A stretch of DNA of 52,045 nt, from the NCBI GenBank assembly GCA_017457005.1, contig JAFTII010000004.1, positions 1 through 52,045 of the forward strand, given 5' to 3'. Below the pieces are notes generated by a model. It searched no databases and was not told the origin of the DNA. It saw only the letters and a list, made by a program, of their open reading frames with translations. This document shows positions 1-10,700 of this stretch, piece by piece. Numbering within the stretch: the first letter of the stretch is position 1; each line of letters begins with the position of its first letter. The translations under genes were made by a program, and so were the position numbers. The DNA comes from Alphaproteobacteria bacterium. GTDB lineage: Bacteria; Pseudomonadota; Alphaproteobacteria; RF32; CAG-239.

Positions 1-618
1 AGTATCACAACCTAAATCTGTACTATTATCAACACGATTACGACAATTATCCGCATAACATTTTTGACATTTGGACGAGCAATCTGAAAAATAACTCTCA
101 CATCCGTAATCACAAGGCTCTACACTGGTACGATTATGACAATTATCAGTATAACATTCTTTACATTCTGTCGGACAACCTTCAGCCTCAAAAGTAGTCT
201 TACAACCATAAGGACAATTAGTTACTCCCTCTACGGTGTCACAAGCATCAATACATTCTTTATAGTGAACTGTTCCGTCATTACATTCATCTCCAGATGG
301 TGCTTTAGTTCCTGAACAATTATTTGAAGTATATGGATATTTATCAAGCTTGCATTTACAATTACTATAGCAATAACCGACCCAAGGGTAATTTCCCATC
401 AAGTCGCAAGTCATATCGCCTTTTTGTGCAGTATCAAGCCAACCGTTCGGACAACCTCGCTCATTATTAACAACCCCATCTTTAGGATTATCTTCTAAAC
501 CATTAGAGCGATTAGTGTTGTCTCCCAAAAAATCAGGCAACCAATAAACTTTGGCAGCCCCTGAACTTGCCATCAGAATATAACCGACTGTAGCAAGCAA
601 GCAGATAAACTTCCGCAT
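1..618 (-). CDS. Cys-rich secreted repeat protein (runs off left edge; not in ORF track)
   Basis: ATG at 618 after GGAG RBS; open frame MRKFICLLATVGYILMASSGAAKVYWLP...CPYGCKTTFEAEGCPTECKECYTDNC...CDYGCESYFSDCSSKCQKCYADNC...GCDT; signal-peptide-like N-terminus. Confidence 0.85.
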   Translation of the reverse strand, partial: MRKFICLLATVGYILMASSGAAKVYWLPDFLGDNTNRSNGLEDNPKDGVVNNERGCPNGWLDTAQKGDMTCDLMGNYPWVGYCYSNCKCKLDKYPYTSNNCSGTKAPSGDECNDGTVHYKECIDACDTVEGVTNCPYGCKTTFEAEGCPTECKECYTDNCHNRTSVEPCDYGCESYFSDCSSKCQKCYADNCRNRVDNSTDLGCDT

Positions 619-956
619 TGCTTTGACTCCTATAAAACCTGTGTACCAATTTCAGGATACCAAAAATGATGAATGCTGTCAATGCAGAAAGTTAAATCAA
701 GGTTTTAGAAAACAAGAAACAAATATTAATATTGCAAAGCAAAACCCAGCAATTTAAGCCGGTATAGATATATAAAAAGAAAATTTTTATTGATTTAGAA
801 AACAGCTGATGAATAAGAACAACTCCTTACCCACGATATAGACTATCAGCAAATATTCAAGAGGGCAAGAAATATTTGTTAGTTAAGCCAAAAAGTAAGA
901 TAAATTTAATTGAATATTTAGAAAGTGATGTATAAGCTCAACCCATAACTTAGATT

Positions 957-982
957 CTCAATCAAGGGGATTCTTGATTGAG
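957..982. promoter_or_regulatory. 10-bp perfect inverted repeat upstream of hppA
   Basis: CTCAATCAAG-N6-CTTGATTGAG, ~50 bp before the hppA start. Confidence 0.35.
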
Positions 983-1034
983 CTGTTATAATTTTTATGA
1001 ACTTTTATTGGATTAATATTTTAAGGAATCAGAT

Positions 1035-3449
1035 ATGATAAACTTAAGGAAACTCGGATATATGGCTCTGTCTGTACTAACGAGTATATTGTTTTCTGCT
1101 AATGCTATGGCTTCAGAAATTGATCTGAAAGTTCCTTCTTTAGATATTGCGTATAATATCTTCGGATGGAATGTCACCGGTTCAGAGTTGTTGCTATACG
1201 GCATGGGTATATGTATCTTGGGAATGGCATTTGGCGTGTGCGAATTTTTGAACATCAAAAAATTGCCGGCACATCAATTAATGCTCAATGTCTCTAACAC
1301 AATTTACGAAACATGCAAAACCTATATGAAACAACAAGCTAAATTATTAGTAATTTTAGAGTTGTTTATTGCAGTTTGTATTTTTTATTATTTCTTTTAT
1401 CTGAATGCTACACCGTTATCTAAAGTGTTGACGATTCTTATGTGGTCAATATTCGGTATTTTAGGTTCTTATTGTGTGGCATGGTTTGGTATGAGGATTA
1501 ATACTTATGCCAATTCACGCACGGCATTTTTATCACTTAAAGGCAAACCTTATCCGGTTATGAGCTTGCCGCTCAAATCCGGAATGTCTATCGGTGTGTT
1601 GCTGATTTGTGTGGAATTGATAATGATGATTGCGATTTTGCTTTTTGTACCTAAGGATAGTGCCGGAGCATGTTTTGTCGGATTCGCTATCGGAGAATCA
1701 TTAGGTGCGGCAGCATTACGTATTTGCGGTGGTATTTTTACCAAAATTGCCGATATCGGCGCAGATTTAATGAAAATTATTTTCAAAATTGATGAAGATG
1801 ATGCACGCAACCCTGGTGTTATTGCAGATTGTACCGGTGATAATGCCGGCGATTCTGTCGGTCCTACTGCTGATGGATTTGAAACTTATGGTGTAACAGG
1901 CGTTGCCTTAATCAGCTTTATCGTATTGGGTGCCGGAATGATGTATGCACCTAATGGCGATTTGGTATTAATGAACAACGGCATTGACTTCCAAGCACGT
2001 TTAATTGTTTGGATTTTTGCAATGCGTGTTCTGATGATTTTGACCTCTATGATTTCATATTGGTTAAATTCTAAAGTATCATGCTGGTTATTTGGTAAAA
2101 AAGCCGCATTTAATTTTGAGACCCCGTTAACATCACTGATTTGGTTAACTTCAATTGTATCCATTTTGGTAACTTTTGGCGTGTCTTACATTATGTTAGA
2201 CGGATTTGGCGATATTTGGTGGAAGTTATCGGTTATCATTTCTTGTGGTACATTAGCTGCCGCTCTGATACCGGAATTCACTAAAATATTTACTTCATCC
2301 AAATCTAAACACGTGGAAGAAGTTGTTAATGCCAGTCGTGAGGCCGGAGCTTCATTAAATATTATTTCCGGTATGGTTGCCGGTAATTTTTCGGCTTTTT
2401 GGCAAGGTTTGGTAATGGTTGGCTTAATGGCTGTAGCATTCTTTACTGCTCGTAACGGTCTTGATGCTTATATGGTATATCCGAGTGTCTTTGCTTTTGG
2501 CTTGGTTGCATTTGGTATGCTTGGTATGGGACCAGTTACTATTGCCGTAGATTCTTACGGTCCGGTAACGGATAATGCTCAATCAGTATTTGAGTTATCA
2601 CAAATAGAAAGCCAAAAAGGTATTGCGAAAGAGATTGAGAAAGAATACGGTTTCAAACCGGACTTTGCAAAAGGCAAACATTTCTTAGAAGAAAATGATA
2701 GTGCCGGTAATACCTTTAAAGCAACTGCAAAACCGGTATTAATCGGAACCGCCGTAATTGGTGCGACTACGATGATCTTCTCCATTATTTTGTTGTTGAA
2801 CTTGCAACTCAATTTATTGGCTCCGGAAGTTTTGTTCGGAATAATCTTAGGTGGTGCAGTTATCTTTTGGTTTTCCGGTGCATCTATGCAGGCGGTTTCT
2901 ACCGGAGCATATCGTGCCGTAAACTATATCAAACAGCATATTAAGCTTAATACTGCAAAAGCTGCTTCTATTGAAGATTCTAAAAAAGTGGTACAAATTT
3001 GTACTTTGTACGCACAAAAAGGAATGTTCAATATCTTTATTGTGATTTTCTCATTTACAATAGCGTTTGCATGCTTTGATGCTAATTTGTTTGCCAGCTA
3101 TCTGATATCCATTGCGGTGTTTGGTTTGTTCCAAGCACTATATATGGCAAATGCAGGTGGTGCATGGGATAATGCCAAGAAGGTTGTTGAGGTTGATCTT
3201 AATGAAAAAGGCACTCCTTTACATGATGCCTCCGTTGTCGGAGATACTGTAGGGGATCCTTATAAAGATACCTCTTCAGTAGCATTAAACCCGATTATTA
3301 AGTTTACAACATTATTTGGGTTGTTGGCTGTTGAAATGGCGGTATCCGCACCTCGTTGTGTGGCAATCGGTCTAGGTATTGCATTCTTCCTGTTAGGATT
3401 ACTGTTTGTATGGCGGTCGTTCTATCGGATGCGTATAGAAAAACTCTAA
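1035..3449 (+). CDS. hppA: Membrane-bound ion-translocating pyrophosphatase, divergent K+-independent type
   Basis: GGIFTKIADIGADLMK, EDDARNPGVIADCTGDNAGD, DSYGPVTDNA, GNTFKATAK, GGAWDNAKK, GDTVGDPYKDTS motifs; many TM helices. Confidence 0.95.
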   Translation: MINLRKLGYMALSVLTSILFSANAMASEIDLKVPSLDIAYNIFGWNVTGSELLLYGMGICILGMAFGVCEFLNIKKLPAHQLMLNVSNTIYETCKTYMKQQAKLLVILELFIAVCIFYYFFYLNATPLSKVLTILMWSIFGILGSYCVAWFGMRINTYANSRTAFLSLKGKPYPVMSLPLKSGMSIGVLLICVELIMMIAILLFVPKDSAGACFVGFAIGESLGAAALRICGGIFTKIADIGADLMKIIFKIDEDDARNPGVIADCTGDNAGDSVGPTADGFETYGVTGVALISFIVLGAGMMYAPNGDLVLMNNGIDFQARLIVWIFAMRVLMILTSMISYWLNSKVSCWLFGKKAAFNFETPLTSLIWLTSIVSILVTFGVSYIMLDGFGDIWWKLSVIISCGTLAAALIPEFTKIFTSSKSKHVEEVVNASREAGASLNIISGMVAGNFSAFWQGLVMVGLMAVAFFTARNGLDAYMVYPSVFAFGLVAFGMLGMGPVTIAVDSYGPVTDNAQSVFELSQIESQKGIAKEIEKEYGFKPDFAKGKHFLEENDSAGNTFKATAKPVLIGTAVIGATTMIFSIILLLNLQLNLLAPEVLFGIILGGAVIFWFSGASMQAVSTGAYRAVNYIKQHIKLNTAKAASIEDSKKVVQICTLYAQKGMFNIFIVIFSFTIAFACFDANLFASYLISIAVFGLFQALYMANAGGAWDNAKKVVEVDLNEKGTPLHDASVVGDTVGDPYKDTSSVALNPIIKFTTLFGLLAVEMAVSAPRCVAIGLGIAFFLLGLLFVWRSFYRMRIEKL

Positions 3450-3462
3450 ACGTGATGCAGCT

Positions 3463-3496
3463 AAAAAAGGAAAGGTCTTTCGGCCTTTCCTTTTTT
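3463..3496 (+). terminator. Rho-independent terminator
   Basis: AAAAAAGGAAAGG-TCTTTCGG-CCTTTCCTTTTTT. Confidence 0.85.
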
Positions 3497-3570
3497 CTTG
3501 CAATTTATCTGATTTATGATAGATAAAAAATAATTACCGTATTATTGTTTAATCTCAAATTTTTGTGTTT

Positions 3571-4359
3571 ATGAAAAATTTATTATTAATTTTCACTGTA
3601 ATATCTGTTCTTATTTGCAGTGGTTGTTCAACAAGTTTTGTTGAAGTTCCTTCTCATGACCAATTACTTTATGCTATTCAAAAAGTGGACGGCAAAGAGC
3701 AATGGGGAGTTGTATTTAAGAAAGATACAAAAATCTCATCGGCTCAAAACGGACGATTACATGGTAGTATTACTACAGAATATATCGGATACCCGTTTGC
3801 TTACAGCGGAATAGCTTGCAAGTATGATTCTATTACTATAGAAGAGGTCGGCCCTAAAGAAATGTTTGTCTGTGTAAAAGATGGTAACAAGTATTATTAC
3901 AACATGGATACTAATTGGTACGCAGATGAAAATCCGGTTACAAAAGTAGAATACGTCGGCAGTGGTAAAGGATTATGTATGGGTAATACTCATGAATACA
4001 AATTTTATACTGCAAACGGAGTGTATTCAACAACCAAAGGCCCGTACGAAGATATAAATGTCGGTTATTTCGGATACAGCATTAAAGAAAACGGGAAGTG
4101 GGGTTTTTATTACGGACGTCACGATATTGAAAACTCCAAAGATGAACGCTATGTGCAAATTCTTCCTTGTGAATATGATGAAATTATAGAAGGATTTTGC
4201 AGCAGTGAGTTCACAACTTATGTTTTTGCTCGTACCGGCAACAAGTGGCAAACATTTAATAATCACGGAAAACCTGTTAAGATGGGAATCGCCACCGTTA
4301 ATAGAGCAATACAGTGGAAAAATCAAAAAAAGAAAGACAGTAAAACTTTCTATTTCTAA
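3571..4359 (+). CDS. Hypothetical lipoprotein with WG-repeat-like motifs
   Basis: MKNLLLIFTVISVLICSGC lipobox; GKEQWGV and KENGKWGF motifs. Confidence 0.6.
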   Translation: MKNLLLIFTVISVLICSGCSTSFVEVPSHDQLLYAIQKVDGKEQWGVVFKKDTKISSAQNGRLHGSITTEYIGYPFAYSGIACKYDSITIEEVGPKEMFVCVKDGNKYYYNMDTNWYADENPVTKVEYVGSGKGLCMGNTHEYKFYTANGVYSTTKGPYEDINVGYFGYSIKENGKWGFYYGRHDIENSKDERYVQILPCEYDEIIEGFCSSEFTTYVFARTGNKWQTFNNHGKPVKMGIATVNRAIQWKNQKKKDSKTFYF

Positions 4360-4402
4360 AAACAAACGGCTGCACAACACAATCTGCAGCCGTTTGTTTT
4401 TT
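4358..4402 (+). terminator. Rho-independent terminator
   Basis: AAAAACAAACGGCTGCA...TGCAGCCGTTTGTTTTTT. Confidence 0.85.
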
Positions 4403-4507
4403 AGAAAAAATAAAAAAAATGTAACACTTTATAAGTAATTTTTATGTTATAATGTCTTAACAAGCCCAAACAATGGCTCTAATCTCCTAAAAACAGGATA
4501 TATAGCA

Positions 4508-6763
4508 ATGCTCAAAAAGCTAAATATATTAGGGATTATAATGCTGACTGCAACATTTTTATGTATGGCGGCACCGTCAGTATATGCCGCTTATGATCCG
4601 TCTAATATTGAAGAAATGTCTGTTGCTAAGTTTTGGAGAGCGGTAAACGGGTATGATGCAGAAGTAGATGAAGAAAAAGAATACCTTATTTGTGGCGGAA
4701 ACGTCTGTGATACTGAAACTCAAGAATGTCTGGTGTTAGTATCAGAAAGAGAAGAAGTTGCTACTAAAATAGCCAAAATATTAGATAAAATAGGATCTTT
4801 CGGTATAGAATTTTTACCGACTATAGGAGATGTCATCATTTGGGTAAGAGGAGAAGGCAAAGTATATTCCTATGAATATAAATGTGTTATGTCTTCAGGA
4901 AATGAAATCAGCCAATTAACGTCTCAAGGTTGGAAGGTTGCTACGGAAGGAGGTTTTGTTCAAAAACAAAAAATCAGAACCGAAGGCGCAGTCTTTAAAG
5001 GTACCCAAAAAGAAGAAACCTGCTATAGTGACAGTACCGGAAAAACATATTGTTTGCTGACAAAAGAAAAAGGTGGTGAACTGAAGAAAGCAACCGTCGG
5101 ATACGGCAAAGATAATACCGCTTTTCAGACCTGTGAAGTCATTCCGGTAAAACTTTATCAAAATCGCAAATGCTTTTTCTGTCCGCTATTTACGATTCCA
5201 TACGCTATTGCAAATCATATAACATCAATTTCTTTCGGAGCATTTGCTAAAGCATTTGCTCAATTAATCGCCTTAGGCTTGGCTATTTGGGTTTCTTATC
5301 AGACCTTGAATCACGTATCTTCAATTACCAAACAAGATGCCGGAAAGTTTTTGTATGGTTTACTCAAGCAAAGCTATAAATTTTTAATTGCATTTTTTTT
5401 ACTGATATATTCCGTAGAAATATACAATTACGCCATAATTCCTATCATGAAAAGCGGTATAAAATTTGGCTCTTTAATGCTAAGCGAAAAATATGCTGTT
5501 GTTAAAACAAATAGTGAGCAAAAAATTACTAATTGGGAGAAAATGGAAGAAATTAATCCCGGTATCACTAAGCGTAGCAAAAAAATTACTCTGAGAGACG
5601 GAGATACCAGATATTATAGTAGTGAGTTGTACGTTGAATTAGATAATTTTATTGCTCAATTACAACGGACAATATCTTTTATGCAGGTTACGGGTTCTTC
5701 AATGATTTGTGTCGGAGGAAACGCCATTAAATTTAAGGGCAACGTACTAGGATTTGGTGATGGAATCCAGTTAATAATAGAAGGGATAGTTCTTGCCGGA
5801 TTCGCTTTTTTAATTTCTATCAGTGTCGCTTTTTATATACTTGATGCAATTGTTCAATTAGGTTTGGTAGGGGCGCTAATGCCATTTCTGATTGCCTGCT
5901 GGCCTTTTAAGATTACTTCAAAATATACCAACATCGGTTGGAATATGTTTTTGAACGCTGTCTTTTTATTGATGTTTACCGGTGTAGTAATCACAGTAAG
6001 CATTAGTTTGATTGAAGCTGCTTTGAGCTATACGGCTATTAGTGATGAATGTACGAATGGGCAATGTTCTATAGATAGTGTCAAAATGGGTGCTTTATAC
6101 AAAATTGCTCAAGCAATTAATAGTCAGGATGAAGAAAAGCTTGAAAACTTAACCGATATATCATCTATAGGGTTCTTAATACTGATATTTGCATGTATTT
6201 ATGGTTTTATGTTTGTGAAGAAGAACTCCGAGCTTGCCGGCAAATTCGCCTCGGGTGCATTGTCGCCGATTGCGCCTGAAGTTGCAACTATAGGCGGATC
6301 AGCCATTAAGAGTATGGCTCTTAAGTCAACTCAAAGTACAAGAGAGGGAATAGATAGAGTTGCCAAACGTACTGCAAGTTCGGTATGGAATGTTGCTACT
6401 CATCCTGTCAGAACCGCCAAAAATGTAATGAACTTCTTCAGCTCATCTTCCAACAATGATGATAATAATGAAGATAGTAATGATACTTCATCTGCCAATT
6501 CTTCAGCGGGTAAGGGGGTAAGACCTAAAATAGGACAAAGCAATACTCAAGATACTAAAAAACAAACAAAGAAACCAACTGTAGGAGAAAAAGCAACGCC
6601 TGCAAACGGTAATGAAGATAATGATGAAGATACAGACACAACGGAAGCCAAGGTAAAACGAGCCCAGTATTCCGGAAAACGTAAGCAAAATGCGAAGGCT
6701 AAAAACAGTAGCCACAAACAAAGACAAAGAAGTCAAAATAGTTCAAGAGCAAAAAATATATAA
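4508..6763 (+). CDS. TrbL/VirB6-like polytopic membrane protein
   Basis: Signal peptide, soluble N-domain, TM cluster with GALMPFLIACWPFKITSKYTNIGWNMFLN (VirB6-like core), long hydrophilic C-tail. Confidence 0.6.
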   Translation: MLKKLNILGIIMLTATFLCMAAPSVYAAYDPSNIEEMSVAKFWRAVNGYDAEVDEEKEYLICGGNVCDTETQECLVLVSEREEVATKIAKILDKIGSFGIEFLPTIGDVIIWVRGEGKVYSYEYKCVMSSGNEISQLTSQGWKVATEGGFVQKQKIRTEGAVFKGTQKEETCYSDSTGKTYCLLTKEKGGELKKATVGYGKDNTAFQTCEVIPVKLYQNRKCFFCPLFTIPYAIANHITSISFGAFAKAFAQLIALGLAIWVSYQTLNHVSSITKQDAGKFLYGLLKQSYKFLIAFFLLIYSVEIYNYAIIPIMKSGIKFGSLMLSEKYAVVKTNSEQKITNWEKMEEINPGITKRSKKITLRDGDTRYYSSELYVELDNFIAQLQRTISFMQVTGSSMICVGGNAIKFKGNVLGFGDGIQLIIEGIVLAGFAFLISISVAFYILDAIVQLGLVGALMPFLIACWPFKITSKYTNIGWNMFLNAVFLLMFTGVVITVSISLIEAALSYTAISDECTNGQCSIDSVKMGALYKIAQAINSQDEEKLENLTDISSIGFLILIFACIYGFMFVKKNSELAGKFASGALSPIAPEVATIGGSAIKSMALKSTQSTREGIDRVAKRTASSVWNVATHPVRTAKNVMNFFSSSSNNDDNNEDSNDTSSANSSAGKGVRPKIGQSNTQDTKKQTKKPTVGEKATPANGNEDNDEDTDTTEAKVKRAQYSGKRKQNAKAKNSSHKQRQRSQNSSRAKNI

Positions 6764-6786
6764 CTCAAGAACTAAAAATAAATTCA

Positions 6787-7704
6787 TCAAATTATCAATT
6801 CATCTAAGCGTTCTTCATTAATGCCCACAGGGTCTTGATGAATTAGCACTTGCGAACTGGGATAGATTTCTTTTATCTTATTTTCAACATTACAAGTATA
6901 TTCATGAACCTCATTTAATGATAAATTACCATCATACTCCAAATGAAGTTCTATTATGTAAATTCCTCCGGAATCTCGTGTTCTCAAATCATGTATGCCC
7001 ATCACGTGACTGGCACTCATAGCGCATTTTATAATCGTATCTCTGATATCTTCATTAAGTTCTTTATCCATTAACATTGCCAAAGCAGATTTTATTATTT
7101 TTTGGGTATTAAATAACAGATAAATAGCTATTACGAATGCTGTTAGTGTATCAAACCAAACAATATTCCATTTTTGCACCACCCACAAACTTATTAATAT
7201 TGCCAGATTGGTTGCAACATCTACCAAATAATGTAAAGCATCGGCTCTTATGGCTTGAGAATTCGTTTTTTTTGCAACATAAGTTTGAAAACAAATTAAC
7301 ATAAAGGATAAAAGTAAAGATACAATCATTATGATTATACCAATGTCAGTTTTAATTATCGGCTGCGGATACAATAAGCGTAAAAAAGCATCATATATAA
7401 TAAATAACCCCGATCCGATAATAAAAGCCGCCTGTGCTAAAGCACTTAGAGCTTCAGCTTTACCATGCCCGAAGCGATGCGAGATATCAGCCGGACGACA
7501 AGAGAAACTGATGGCCCAAAACGTTACTAAGGAAGCCAATAAATCTGCGGAGCTATCAATCAGAGAAGACATAATTGCTAAAGATTCGGTATAAATCAAA
7601 GCAAAAGTTTTTAATCCGATAAGGGACAATGCCACAGCAATACTGGAATAAGCTGCAATTTTTTTAATTCTCAAGTCCCGTTGAGTTAATATTTGCGGTG
7701 GCAT
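6787..7704 (-). CDS. fieF: Cation diffusion facilitator (FieF-like)
   Basis: SLAIMSSLIDSSAD, HRFGHGKAEAL, ADALHY, IHDLRTR, VLIHQDP. Confidence 0.88.
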   Translation of the reverse strand: MPPQILTQRDLRIKKIAAYSSIAVALSLIGLKTFALIYTESLAIMSSLIDSSADLLASLVTFWAISFSCRPADISHRFGHGKAEALSALAQAAFIIGSGLFIIYDAFLRLLYPQPIIKTDIGIIIMIVSLLLSFMLICFQTYVAKKTNSQAIRADALHYLVDVATNLAILISLWVVQKWNIVWFDTLTAFVIAIYLLFNTQKIIKSALAMLMDKELNEDIRDTIIKCAMSASHVMGIHDLRTRDSGGIYIIELHLEYDGNLSLNEVHEYTCNVENKIKEIYPSSQVLIHQDPVGINEERLDELII

Positions 7705-10700
7705 TTTTTATTTTCTCCATATCTTTTTCACTAAGTTCATAAAAAACGCCTTTAGCATATTGGGCAAAGTTTTTCAATAAATCTATAGAGGCAATTTTAT
7801 CAAATTTATAAGCAACCCAATATTTATTGTTTTTTTCATAAAAATTCAAGGTTAAATAATTATTGTCCTCAACTGCCAAATCAACACTGAATAACTGGGT
7901 AGGATTTTTCAGCTCCGTTGTTGCTCCGATAAAATGAGAATTTAAAAATACTTTTACAATATTAGCCGATAAGTCTTTATTATTAATATTATTTACACTG
8001 ATAATTCTTCCGAATTGCAGATTCCAAATGCTGCTGAATGTCCAATTTTGCGGATTCAAATCTAAATTAATTAAATCCATTTGTGCCAACCAAACTTGAA
8101 AACTGTTCTCACTGCGAATATAAGCTCCGCGGCTGCCTCTTCCTAACTCAACATCAATTTCTCCGACATTTATTTTCGCAATGGAATTTCCTTTATTATT
8201 TTGTAAATCTATAAGCACTGCACTTGATTCATCATTTTCAATCGGCAAAAGTCCGAAGTTTTTTAATGATTCAAATTCTGATGATTTTTTTTCATAGTAG
8301 GTTGCCGCTATTAAATTAGTCAAAAGATTACGAATACGATTTTGATATACCGGATAATGAGGAGTTTCCGCCAGTTGCCATTCTCCATTTTTATCTTTTC
8401 TAAAAACCAATTTTTTAAGGTTATTCTGTAAAACTATTTGTTCCACATTGTTTATTTTATTTGCCAAGTTTGGAAAAACAGGCAGGTTTTCTTGCAGATC
8501 ATTAAATTTATTTTCATACTTATTTACCGCAATTATGGAGATAAATAAAGAAAATACTCCGCTTAAAATTATAATTAACAAAATTTTATTGAAACGGAAT
8601 TGTTTTTGTTCTTTTACTTTTTTTAATGATATTACCAGCGGTGCAGCTAAGATTAACAGTCCTAACAATGGTAACATATAAACATTAATCCGAATTAAGT
8701 TGTTTTTTAAGTGTGTATTTTTTTCATTTAATTGAGTTCGTATTTTGTATAATTCTAATCGGTCATCATTTATTTGTTTTCTGATTTTGGCGATAATTGC
8801 CAGTTCATCGGGGGTGAAGGCATTGCGTTCTTCAAAATTTCGTTTTTGAGATATTTCTTCAATGCCTAATTTAGCTTTAGCTAAATTATCAAGTATTTGT
8901 TTTTCTTGAATCCTAAAATTTTTTGCAGCTTCAATTTTGTGTTTTTCTAATTTTTTAAATTTTCGTTCATAATAATTTTTTCCACGTAAAGCTAGCAAAG
9001 TATGATTGTTGATAAGTACATCTAAAGCATTAAGGACAAAGTTGGCATTATCCAATAAAGCAATAGCATATGATTTATCCAACACTATTTGGTGTTCGGT
9101 CCAAAAATTATCATAAAGAAGATCTGTGTCGCCAACCAAGATAATATCCAAAGGAGAGTTTGATCCTTTAATATGAGCTGCGATATATTTGGGGTTTTTA
9201 TCAGCTTTAAAGTTTCGTAAAATAATCGCAGGATCAATTCGGTCGTACACGGCTCTAGCTGTTAATAATGCGGAATTGGAACTTGCTTCCAATAACGGTT
9301 CAAAAGTTATATTTGCATTTTTAAGAGGGACAAATGTTGATGCGGAAGTCAGCATCATTTTTTTCAGATTGGAGGTTATAGGGGAATGTTTATTAAAATT
9401 GTTGCCAGTTAGATAGAACTGAATAACATCTTGCGTAAATTCCGGATTATTTCCGGTGGCATTGCTCGTGTTGACCAAAGATGAATTATCCAAATCAGCA
9501 ATAACAGCCTGTTCTATAAAACGTATTCCCCACATTTCCGGCAGATTTTTATAATCAGATGGTTTGAATTCTTGAGTTGTAGGTGCAAATAATTGTTGCG
9601 CTTCGGTTGCTATATCAAAAAAAGCTAAAATTTTGCCACCGCCAAAACTGAATTTTTTAATTTCATTTATGGCAGATTCCGTCAAATTAGTAGGATGTGC
9701 GATTAATAAAATATCTATATTTTTCAAATCAGGTTTTTCTTGAGAAATTACAAATAAATCATAAAAACGAGAGAGTTGTTTTGAAATTTCCCATTCAGAT
9801 GTAACCACATTGTCAACAGAAGTCTCAAACATCGGCAGAGATGTTAATATACCCAAACGAGGTTTCTTGTGTGATAAAAGATAAAATGCTTCGGTTAAAT
9901 CCTGTTCTATAAAAGCTTTTCTTGAAATCGGAAAAAACGGTATAACTTGTTTTTTGTTATATTCATCGGTTAATTCTAAACCTAAATAGGCATTTTGATT
10001 TTGATTAATAATCGGTAGGGGTTGAATACCTGCGGCTAAAGCTCTGTCTTCAGCATCGCTGAATGGTTTAGGATTATATTTTTTTATGGAAATTTTTTCG
10101 TTACTTAATTTTGCATATTGTTCTAACAGAAGATTGATTCTATCGGCTAACAAACGAACATCAGGATTCTTTTCTCCTAAAACCGGAGAATAATATAATT
10201 TAGCATACACTTTGCCATTAATATTGCTGATAACTTTTTGAGTAGATTCCGTTAAGGTAAATATTTTTTCTTCGGTAAAATCTAATTTATAATGACGAAG
10301 ATAAAGATTAGAGATTGTATTTATACTTCCGAATATAAAAAAAACAAACAAGCAAAGCAAAAAGTAATAAAGAGGATTGGATGACTTAAATATACTTACG
10401 GTACCTGCTGTCCGAAAATTTATGATGATAACGGTAAAGAAATTAAACAATAAAATAATCGTTATAAAGAAAATAAAATCACGAAGCTCAAATAATCCCA
10501 TACAAAAAGAATTGAAATGCGCCAAAAAGCTAAAAGAAGCAATCAGGTTTACAAGACTGGGAGATAAATAATTTCTGATATTTCCTAATACAAATTCAAC
10601 TCCGCTTAAAAAGAATAATAAATTTGCTAAAACTCCTAAAACTAAAGCAATTACTTGGTTTTTGGTTAGAGCTGACATTGTTTGAGCTATAGCTAACATT

